Source of the DNA: Thelocarpon superellum
Taxonomy: Eukaryota
Assembly: GCA_026025795.1 (NCBI GenBank)
Contig: JAPEUG010000114.1
Location: 1-43,144 of the forward strand
Direction of reading: 5' to 3'
DNA length: 43,144 nucleotides
The position numbers were made by a program, and so were the translations under genes. Positions within the stretch are counted from its first letter, which is position 1; each line of letters opens with the position of its first letter. The notes under the pieces were generated by a model that did no database searches, had not been told where the DNA came from, and worked only from the letters and a program-made list of their open reading frames with translations. Of the stretch, positions 33,197-43,144 are shown in pieces.

Positions 33197-36100
33197 CTAG
33201 CGCCTCTCAACGAGCAGAAAATGCATAGCGGCATAGGCCAGCACGACAAAGAGCGCACTAAAGAGCGCCAGACCGGCCACGTCGCGCCATAGATCCAGCA
33301 CGTCGAAACCGAAGGAACTCAGGATCGATGCGCCCGGTACTTCTATGTCCAGACCGAATCTGCGATCGTTCACCCTCCTTGTCAGTTTGGGGGCTCTCAT
33401 AGAGCACAGAGAAGACCAGGGGAGAGAGAGGGTATGGATGTGGGGATCGGGTTGGGATGGGGAAGCGGGAGAAAGGAGGACGGGACATGGAGCACGCACT
33501 TGTGATCTATCAATGTGAGATATTTCACTTCATTCACTATCAGTGCTTCGAAGCCGTAGTGGAAGATAGATAGCTAGATTGCGGTGTTAGTATCGCGCTC
33601 TTGCGTGGGTGAAATAGGTGCAAGGGTGGGTGGACTCACCGATTGAAGCCACAGCGCCGCTTTCGGAATGGCATCTACACATCGAGAAGTCAGTCGAGGT
33701 GGACCTGGAGAAAGAAAGAGCAGAGAGGAGCGTGGGGCGGATCCCACCATGGTTCAACAATAACCCGGCAAACAACAAACTAAACAACATGACCAAACTT
33801 CCGATCAGATTCGCCATGCCGCCATCCTTGAACACGATGCCGATGAAGAGACAGATGGCCGCGGCCGCAAGATTGAACAAGACCAGGATCAAGATGAACT
33901 TGAAGAATTCCGGCCACGCCGGTACCAGGCCCACCATCGGATACACGATGCTGCCCATGATGAGCGGCGGGATCAGCCGGAGCGGCACGATGTCGAAGAT
34001 CACTTTTGCCGCAAAATATGTAATTGGCGCGTAGTATCCGTTGGCGCGTTCGCGCACGAACAGGAGCCGCTCGGTAGCGAAGACATTCAGGCTGGTCAGC
34101 GTGCTGAAGCCGAACAGGGCGAGGATGAAGAAGAAGAGTCCCAGTCGGTTCTGGAATCCTTTGATGTCGTCGGTGAGACCGTAGAACAGGAAGCCCGACA
34201 ACACTAGTTCAAGTCAATTGCAGGCCAACCTTGCAATCGCCAGCTTGGGGCGAAAACATACCTGCCAGTAGAATGGCAATCGCGTAATGCGTCAACATCA
34301 GCATCGGGTTCCGGTACAGATTTCGCCACGTCCGGATCGAGAGGATGCTAAACTGTCGGATCCACCCGATTCGGTCATATCCCTTGATGCTGCCCGCCGA
34401 CACCGTGCCATTCTCCGCCGTACCGTTGCCGTTCCCATTCGCGTTGTTCGCCCCCGTTACCGCCGACTGGATATCCTCACGTAGCGATCGGGCGACGTCG
34501 GACGCAGCGAATCCGGTCACCAACACATCCAGATCCGTGCCCGTCCCGGACGCGGCGGGCGGGAGTTGGTGTGGATCATCTAGGATCTGCGGCGGGACGT
34601 CTCCCTGTCGACGAGAAAGTCGGAGCCAGTGTTGCGAGTTCGACACGCTGCTGTCCAGCGGCGCATCCTCGTCGGCACGCGCCGTCTCGGGCGTCTCGGC
34701 GCCAGCCGTTGGCCGTCTCGTGAACAGCTGTCGCTCTTGTCGTTGCTTCCACGAATCTCGTCGCGGTCCCCGGGGTCGTCGGACCGGCTCATTCGGACTC
34801 TCGGACAGGCTCTGCTCACCGCTCATGGCCGAGACGCTGTTGATCGACTTGACGGCCCGCAGGCTGCTCGACACCGTCCGAGCGCCTGACCGGTCATCAC
34901 CAAGGAGGGGTCCCTCGTCCGCCACGGATTCTTCTGTGGGCCCGTGTGCCGAGCCCAGGTGCATGGTCAAGTCCACCAGATAGTCGGCAATGTTGAAGCC
35001 GGGTGGACACGCATACCCCATCTGGTCAAAGTAGCCCTGACACTTGGAGAATTCGCCCGAGTAGACAATCTGTCCCTTGGCGAGCAGGACGAGCTGGTCG
35101 AACAAGGCCACGATGTTCGACCGTGGCTGGTGGATGGTGAAGATGACCGTGCGGTTGTAGTCCTTGGCCAGCGTGACGAGGCAGTCCACCACGTTGAAGG
35201 CGTTAAAGGCGTCCAGCCCGCTGGTCGGCTCGTCGAGAAACAGGATGCTGGGGCTCGTCACCAGCTCGCATGCGATGCCCACCCGACGCTTCTCGCCCCC
35301 CGATACCCCCCGGCCATTCCCCTCTTCCGAACCGATGAGCTGGTCACGGATGGCAAAGATGCCTAGCTGCTTCTCCACCTCGTAAACGCGCTGCTCCTTG
35401 GCCTGCGCACCCATGTCACGGGGCAAGCGCAGCATGGCGCTCGTCATGATCGTCTCGTGCACGGTGAGCGTGGGCAGCATGGTGTCTTCTTGGTCGACAA
35501 AGCCCACCACCGCGCGGAAGTCACTGTCCGACACCTTCTCGCCGTTGACGTAGAAGTGACCCTTGACCACTCCACGCTTATTCTTCCGCGCCAAGATGTC
35601 CAGAAAGGTCGTCTTGCCGGCGCCCGAGGCGCCCATGATCGCCATGAGCTGCCCCGGATGTGCTGCACCCTGCACGCCCGATAAGATCTGCTTGCCATTG
35701 AGATGGTACGCCACGTCCTCGAAGAGCAGCGCCGCCGGCTTGTGATCCGTCATGAGCTTGGCGCTCTCGTCGTCCGAGTCGTCCGGCAGGCGAATGGCAC
35801 CATAGCGACTGTACGCTCGTCGCGACAGGTACCAGACGACGAGGATCACGGCGACGACAAAGAGAGCGCAGCCGGCGATGACGCCGGCGATCAATGGCGT
35901 GTTGATCTTCTTGATCGGTCGCTCGTAGCCCGGCACGTCGGTCTTGTATAGGCATTCGCCACTATTGCAGGACAGGGTGATGCTCTTGTCGCCAAACACC
36001 GACTTGATCAGGTCATTCATCGCCGGCTCCTGAAAGTCGCAGTCATCCGTCCGACCGGTGCCGTCGGACGAGGCGCAGGAAAAGGTGGCGGGGCCTTGGA

Positions 36101-37047
36101 TATCGGTCTTGAGAAAGTCGCTGATGTCGATCGAGTCCTCTTGACCGCAGAGGATGCGGTCGGGGACGCACTGGCACTTGATGTGCTCGCAGTCATACTG
36201 GGTGCTGTTGCGGTCATAGTCGTTGTGGTTCTTGATGGAGCATTCGTCAAGGGCGCAATAGAAGGACTCCTGCTGATCCACCCAGACTTTCTCGGGTCAG
36301 TCACGCTCGCCCCAGTGCAGGAGGTTCGGCTCGTACATTGGAAATTGCAGTCCGCTCGCTCGGCGTTGCATGAAAAAGTGACCTGGGGCTTGTCTTCCTT
36401 GAGCAGATCCAAGATCTTCCGGTTCGTCACGTCGCAGACTTGGTAGTTTTCTTTGATGACGTCGCCCTGTTTATAGCACACGCCACCTTGACCCTCGGGC
36501 ATCAAGGCATCGCAGGCCCAGTCATTCTTGCACACTAGACGCACGTCAGCGAGCGGGCATCGAACCTCTTTCAGGACTCCCACCATTGCAGTTGATCCCC
36601 TCCCACCCCTTTTTGCAGTCGCAGTATTGCTCTGACCTCGGCAATCGTTCCTTTCCATCGGCAAGAGATCCACAGACTGTTGGCGCCCGTCAGTTACTGT
36701 CGTCTTGGCCTCTGAATCTCACACGCCTACCTGGCTCCGAGCAGTCCTCCTTGCCAAAGCCCGACGGGCATGCACATTTCCCGTTGTACTTATCGCAGGT
36801 TGCAAACTGCTGGCATTGGAAGGCAGGGAGCAGGCAGTTGAAGCTATGTCAAAGGGTTAGCGCGACGACGTGGGACATGGCGGATGGGCCGGAGGAAGCC
36901 GAACCATGGCGGACAGTCGTTGGGTCGGTCATCAAGAATGCTGACATCAGAGGGGAACAGATCCATGAACGACTGGTTGCGAGAAGCGCCGGCGCTCCAT
37001 GACAGAGTCAAGGCCGCAAGGCCCCAAGATACGATGAGCCGCCGCAT
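33197..37047 (-). CDS. ADP1: ADP1-like ABCG half-transporter with a Cys-rich EGF-like N-terminus; introns 36844-36904, 36677-36730, 36535-36583, 36287-36336, 34204-34261, 33675-33747, 33574-33639, 33360-33499
   Basis: Signal peptide; CPPCFNC..EGF-like repeats; TM; Walker [10 protein letters not shown]; signature VSGGEKRRV; Walker [24 protein letters not shown]2 membrane domain ending LLVERR*. Confidence 0.92.
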
Positions 37048-37612
37048 CTGGGTGAGATGGGGTGACCTCGACGAGCTGGCGCCGCCGTGGTAGCTCGGTC
37101 GAGCGGTGATGGGGCGTTGACTCAACCGAGGCGCTGTGTCGTCGGACAGCTTCCCACGGCGAGGATGACACAGCTAGCCCGACAAGTAGGAGGACGGGCG
37201 AGGCATCCTTGTGGAGGATTGATGAAGTATCGGTATCGGTATCGTACGGACACGGACACAGACATGTGGATGCCGACGCGGATGCTCCCCAGACGACCAC
37301 GCTTGACGGCATCATCCTCCCCATGCGAGACGGGCGAACAGCAGTCCTAACCGTGCAATGATCACGTGGGGGAATCATTAGCCGAGACGTGGGGCCTCCG
37401 GCCTCGGGCGCTATCTGACTAAGTCCTAACGATGCGAGAAGAGTCATTGTTGACATGGGGGGCACTCCCACGCCCTGTGACAAGGACGGCATGTTCCTAC
37501 AAGTAACACAAAAGAAGTATTGAGAACCACCTGACCTTGCTGGCACAAATGTTCCGAGAGGGGAACATTACAGTTTGAGGAACGGTTTGTTGACTCAGCC
37601 AGTGACCTCGCA

Positions 37613-38959
37613 ATGGTGCACGTTAAGCCATTTGCCGTGGAGCAGGTGAGGCTGAACTTCTCCTTCTTTCCCTGCTCAGGAGCACGCCGGAGAGCCTTGG
37701 CGAAGAAAGAACCTGACGAGCCACACAGTGGATGGACATCTATCAACCAAAGGCCAAGTATGATCTCGCCGAGACTTGCGTGAGCTCCATCTCGCTAGAT
37801 GGCTTGATGCAGTTGTCCACCGCCGCTCGTCCGCCGGGGACCTTCCCGCTGGTGGGATCCCGCAAGCTGGGCTACGGCGCGATCCGTGGCTCCAACGAGC
37901 TGCGGTCCTATCTGTCCAAGGCCTACCATGAGCAGGATTCATCGTCCACCGTGGTCGCCGACCAGATCTTGATCACGCCCGGAGCCATTCAAGCCAACTT
38001 TCTCGTCTTGTATTCGCTGGTCGGACACGGCGACCACGTCATCTGCGTCTATCCGACGTATCAGCAGCTCTATTCTGTGCCCGAGAGCGTTGGGGCCGAG
38101 GTCAGCCTGTGGCGGCTCCGGGCGGACCACGACTTCTCCTTGGATCTGGACGAGCTAGCCAGCCTGATCCGGCCCAACACGAAGATGATCATCCTCAAGT
38201 AAGTGCGTGCGTCGACGCGTGGCTGGCTCAGCCATGAGTGGCAGCGACGGCTGATTCCACTCCAGCAACCCTAACAATCCGACCGGGGCCATCCTCGCTC
38301 GTTCCGTGCAGCAGCGCGTCGTCGACGTTGCCGCAGCCCACGATCTCATCATCCTGTCGGACGAAGTCTACCGGCCTCTCTTCCACTCCATCGCCGCGAC
38401 GGACCCAGAGTATCCGCCGTCGATCCTGTCCCTGGGATATGCACGAACCATCGCCACGGGCTCCATGTCCAAGGTGCATGCGCTGGCGGGCATTCGTGTA
38501 GGCTGGATCGCGTCACAGGATCCAGCGCTCTTGGAGGGTTTGCAGCAAGCGCGCGACTACAGTACGATCAGCGTGTCCCAATTGGACGACCAGATCGCCG
38601 CGTTTGCGCTGTCGCCTGAGGTGCAGCCGAGGTTGCATGAGCGCAATACCACGCTTGCTCGACAGAATCTGGACATCTTGGCCCGCTTCGTGGCGGAGTG
38701 TGAGGCCTGCTCGTGGGTGAAGCCGGTGGCAGGCACGACGGCCTTTGTGCAGTTCGCCACAGAGGGCCAGCCGGTCGACGACGAGAAGTTTTGCAAGGCA
38801 CTGTATCACGCCACGGGCGTCATGTTCTGTCCTGGCAAACGATGCTTTGGCAATGACGTAGACTTTCGCGGCTACGTCCGCATCGGATATGCCTGTGAGA
38901 CCGAGACACTGAGGCAAGGTCTCGACCAGGTGAAGGAATTTCTACGCACGTCTCTCTGA
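37613..38959 (+). CDS. PLP-dependent class I/II aminotransferase; introns 37646-37728 and 38199-38265
   Basis: MVHVKPFAVEQWMD start, YPTYQQL, spliced NNPNNPTG, SDEVYR, PLP-lysine motif GSMSKVHALAGIRVGW, YVRIGY. Confidence 0.9.
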
Positions 38960-39571
38960 TTCTCACAGAGCAGAAACCGATAGATGAAGATCAAGAAGAC
39001 GTAGACATCAATCTCAGTGGCGAGAAGGACCATGGCTCACCAGACGAAAGAAGTGAAGTAGGTTATACCACCAGAATTGACGCGGCTTTGATCGTATCAC
39101 TGCCACTTGCCGTAACATACTTTAGCGGAGATTTGTTGGGGGCCCGCAAGACGACCAGGAACATACTCGGACGGGGTCTACTTCCTCCGCGCAAGGGGGT
39201 GCATGACAGGTCGGGCCGTGGGGTGTCTAGGCCGACGTGGGGATTAAAAGACTCGGCGCTATGACGAACTTCAAATAGTACGAGCTCTCCCGACCGCGAT
39301 ACTATGGTACTACTACGCTAGTAGCGGCATTGAGCCGCCTCGTATCACCCAGCTCGTTCCCCGCGGCGCACAGAATAATATCGAGATCGACTCAGACATG
39401 TCTCACGCCCGAGTTATCGTGATTGCCTATGCCGTCTTAGTCAGGGAAAAGTGATGATCCCTCCGTGTAATTGGAGTCGGTGTGAATGGACAAGGCCAAG
39501 TACAACATGATGCCGTCATGACATGTTAGATGTCCGCCAGACTCTTCCAATTCCTTCAATAAGTGATCATC

Positions 39572-41461
39572 ATGGCCGTCGAAGCAGCCACCGAGCGGTC
39601 TCCCTTGTTGAGCAAGGACAGTGACCATGTGGATGTTGCACCGAATGAGGTCGAAGAGGTCGCCACGTACGGAGTTGGCAGCGTGACGGAGAATGGCCCG
39701 GCTGAAGAACAGCCGGTTGAGTCTCGCAATTATGAGGGCGATCCCGAGATGCAGAAGCGGATGAAGTACATGTTTCCTGCGTTCGGCGTCGGGGTGAGCA
39801 TCCCCGGTCGTGTTTATCGGTCGCACGGTGCTGACAATCTTAGGTGTTGCTGGTCGCCGCCGACCAAACCCTCATCGTCTCGAGCTATGGCAAGGTCGGA
39901 AGTGACCTGAAAGCGTTGAACCTGACCTCGTGGATTGCCACTGGGTAAGCGGGACGGCGGACGGGAGCATGGAGCAGGGACTGATGTGCCGCAGGTACCT
40001 CCTGACCATGACCGCCTTCCAGCCATTGTATGGCAAGCTCAGCGACATCTTTGGACGGAAGCCCGCCCTGCTCTTCGCCTATTCCGTCTTCGGTATTGGC
40101 ACGTTGTGTTGTGGCGTGTCCCGCACGATGAACGAGCTGATTGCCTCTCGGGTCCGTGGACCCGCTTCGGTACATGGCACGGCCACGCTGACAGTGGCTA
40201 GGCACTGGCCGGGATTGGCGGCGGCGGCATGACCACGGTCGTGTCCATCCTCTTGTCGGACATCGTGGCCCTCCGGGACCGAGGGACGTGGCAGGGGTAC
40301 ATAAACATTATCTTTGCGCTCGGCGCCGGTGCGGGTGCTCCCCTGGGAGGTATCCTCGCGGATACCGTTGGCTGGCGATGGGCGTTTCTAGGCCAAGTTC
40401 CGCTTTGCCTGCTTGCCATTACCGTGACGTGTTTCGCCCTCCGCCTGCCGGCGCAAGACAAAGCGGACTGGAAGACCAAGGTGAGGCGCGTCGACTTCTT
40501 GGGTGCGGTGATCCTCGTGGCCGCCGTCTTTGGACTGCTGGTTGGCCTCGACCGAGGGAGCAACGAGTCGTGGAAGATGCCCCTCGCCATCGCCGCGCTG
40601 TCTGTCTCGCTCGTGCTCTTCGCCGCCTTTGTCCTGGTGGAGGTGAAAGTTGCGGCGGAACCCTTCGCGCCGGGCCGGATCATCTTCGACCGATCCCTCT
40701 TCGCCTCGTATCTGTGCAACTTCTTTGCCTTCGGCGGGTATATGGGCGTGCTGTTCTACATTCCGCTCTACTACCAGGCCGTGGAGGGATTGTCGGCATC
40801 GGCCGCCGGCGTTCGTCTCATCCCTGCCGTCGTGTCGGGCGTGTCGGGATCTCTGTTTGGCGGCATCTACATGAAGATCACGGGAAAGTATTACTGGCTC
40901 ACGGTGCTGGGCTACACGGCCGTTCCCTTTGGCGCGCTGGCCATCTTGCTCTCGGCGGGCCTGATCGTCCAGTCGACCCTGGGAATCTGCGTCGGCTTGG
41001 TCATCTGCGGCTTTGGGAACGGCATCGGCGTGACCTCGTCCCTCATCGCCCTGCGTACGTACCCTCCCCTCCTCGTCGTCCGGCCTTCACGTCTCACGAC
41101 GTCGCTGACCCTTGCAGTCTCCAACACGAGCACAGAAGATCAAGCGGTAGCAACGGCGTGCTCCTACCTCTTCCGATCCCTCGGTTCGGTCGTGGGACTC
41201 TCGTTGTCGGCCACGGTGGTGCAGCAGTACCTGCGTGCCCATCTCCGTGCGGCGTTGGAGAACGGGAAGGCGGCGGATGAGATCGTGCGCCGGGTGCGAG
41301 AGAGTCTGGATTACATCAATACCCTGGAGCCTGCCATTCGCGACGTGGTGCGCGTGTGCTATGGCGAGGCGACTCGGGCGGGCTTCTTGATGAATCTCAT
41401 CTTTGCGTCGGGTGCTATGATCAGCGCGGTATGGATCCTCGAAAAGAAGCTGAGCAAATAG
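39572..41461 (+). CDS. MFS transporter, DHA2 (Vba/Azr1-like) type; introns 39794-39843, 39945-39994, 40152-40201, 41055-41117
   Basis: ERSPLL N-terminal dileucine-like signal; WIATGYLL, PLYGKLSDIFGRK, GIGGGGM, GWRWAFLGQVP, AEPFAP, YLFRSLGSVVG; many TM segments. Confidence 0.9.
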
Positions 41462-41829
41462 ATTAGATGAGTGCGTGTAGAACGATAGAAGGATTTTGTT
41501 CATACAACGGTCCTCACGTCCTAGACCTGCAGATATGACGGTTTGTATCGTTGTTGAGGCGTCTTTGTCCCCCAAGAGAAGGGGACAATGGAGGGCACCA
41601 CTCTCCTAACAATCTTCCGCCCGCGTGAGTAGTCTTGATCTCACCTTTCACTCCAGGCAAGTCAGCTCTACAAATCGTTCCGAGATCCTTCATCATCGCT
41701 CCGCTGCGAGTCCGGAGCCACTCCGTTTTTGCTGTCTCCGTGTCACCCAGCTTCATATCTCCCGCGTCATCGAAGATGTCGAAACGTCAGCGAGTCCGCG
41801 TCCAAGTATTTCCTTATTGACATCGACAG

Positions 41830-42672
41830 GGCGCTCTCCGGCGACATTGTCCTGATCTCGGTGGGGTCCATGGCCCAGGGCTTCAGCGTCCATCGTTTAC
41901 TCCTCACTCGCTCCTCCAAGTTCTTCGCCTCGGCCTTCAACGGCGACTTCAAGGAAGCGCAGATCAAAACCCTGCACCTGCCCGAAGATGACCCCGAGAT
42001 CTTCAAAAAGTTTCTGAAGTGGCTGTATGGCCAGCCGCTCGTGAATGCGGCAGCCATTGCTAGCACGGGCTTGTTCGAGACACTGGCGGCGTTGTACGTC
42101 TTCGCAGAGAAGGTCGGACTGGTAAAGCTGATGAAGGCGGTCATTTAATCCATCGTCCATACCCTGGACCGCTACTGCACGAATCGCCACCACAAGAACG
42201 AATGCCCACAGTATCAGCAGCCGCTCTCGACACCAAGCCTCATCATTCTGGTCTACGGGAACACCCGCGAAGGCTCACCGTTGCCCGTCATGATCACCGA
42301 CGTCGCACTCAACGACTGGGAATTTGAAGCGCCAAAAGAGCCACAATTTCGCCCCATTTTCCCATCCGATAACCCTGTTTCGACCATGACCTCGTTCGCG
42401 CCCTCCACAGCCATCACTTTAAGCCGGATCCAGGCTTGAGATATGACAGGAACGGACGTGGCCCGATATGGCGAGGTGGGAAAAGCATCATGAAGCAGGA
42501 CAATGGGTCACGAGTGCCGATGAGTAGGCATGTGCTAACGAGGGCCATGGTTTCGCCGTCATATCCGATGGACGAGAGGACTGGGTTTCTGTCTCTAGCT
42601 TGCAAACGGACCTCGGCCCCTCGTACAGAGATTGGGGGACGAAGGCGAAGAGGGTCTGGACCTGTCGGGTAA
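41830..42672 (+). pseudogene. BTB/POZ-domain gene with an in-frame TAA (42146-42148) and an apparent 1-nt frameshift near 42378; 5' exon unresolved
   Basis: BTB motifs FSVHRLLL..SKFFASAFNGDFKEA..LPEDDPEIF..WLY..LYVFAEK. The family-type motif VYGNTREGSPL continues in frame after the TAA, and NP/FDHDLVRAL needs a frame change. Confidence 0.65.
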
Positions 42673-43144
42673 CAGGTCTGCCTGCTCTCCTACTAGGAGT
42701 AGGATAGTACTCGTACGTCACGCCAGCACACGTTCTTAAGGTCGTGTCTTTGGCGCCTCCCTTTGCTCTCTGATTGCGCGCTACTGCACCGAGATGACAT
42801 TGTGCTTCTCCACGCAGACTCAGCTGACGAGGCAATTCTGGATTCGAGGGAGGGTTCCCGGAATAGATATCAGGACAATGCAAGTTGGTCATCGACGTGA
42901 GCGACGGGCGATCTTCTATGCCCGGAGGTGAAAATACCAGCTCAGGGAACAAGCGTCTTTCGTGGTCCGCGCTGTCTCGCTTCCCGCTCGGCAAGTGGAC
43001 GATCCCTGCAAGGTGACCAAGGAGCCAATCTTTGACGTTGCCAATCAGACAGGCGGTACGTCTTGACCCTCCGTCATACATGAATCCGATGAAAGTCGAG
43101 GATCATCACAGGGATAGGTCTGCTGCCATATCGCAATTCATCAA

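Noticed and set aside
38267..38275. AACCCTAAC, resembling a telomerase template
   Set aside because: It encodes part of the conserved NPNNPTG motif of the aminotransferase.
42488..43081. 197-aa minus-strand ORF near the window end
   Set aside because: No recognisable domain, an in-frame stop shortly upstream and overlap with the BTB remnant; it cannot be called without flanking sequence.
1..43144. Transposons, CRISPR arrays, rRNA, spliceosomal snRNAs
   Set aside because: I saw no transposase/RT motifs, terminal repeats, repeat-spacer arrays or snRNA/rRNA signature sequences.

Overview
Gene-dense, GC-rich eukaryotic DNA from a filamentous ascomycete (inferred Pezizomycotina). Introns are mostly 44-70 nt with GT..CTRAY..YAG signals. 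I rebuilt the gene models by hand across introns. In order: 3' end of an unknown gene, intron-containing tRNA-Val(TAC), SUR7/PalI-family membrane protein, WDR6/Trm734-like WD40 protein, E(z)/KMT6-like CXC-SET methyltransferase, intronless RAD2/XPG, PPZ phosphatase, Sm-fold NatC subunit (Mak31/Naa38-like), PIL1/LSP1, SPC105/KNL1, RPS11, CAC2, ADP1-like ABCG half-transporter, PLP aminotransferase, DHA2-type MFS transporter and a disrupted BTB gene. This is mostly conserved housekeeping sequence, with no transposon, CRISPR or biosynthetic backbone gene, and I cannot support a clearly novel system. The best leads are: a KMT6-like SET domain with NHS changed to NNS plus a required GC-AG intron; a 2.3-kb non-coding gap between RPS11 and CAC2 with a clean intron and clustered hairpins (candidate structured lncRNA); a BTB pseudogene; and a possible spliced antisense ORF overlapping the SPC105 3' end. 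Family assignments come from recognising motifs, not from database searches.
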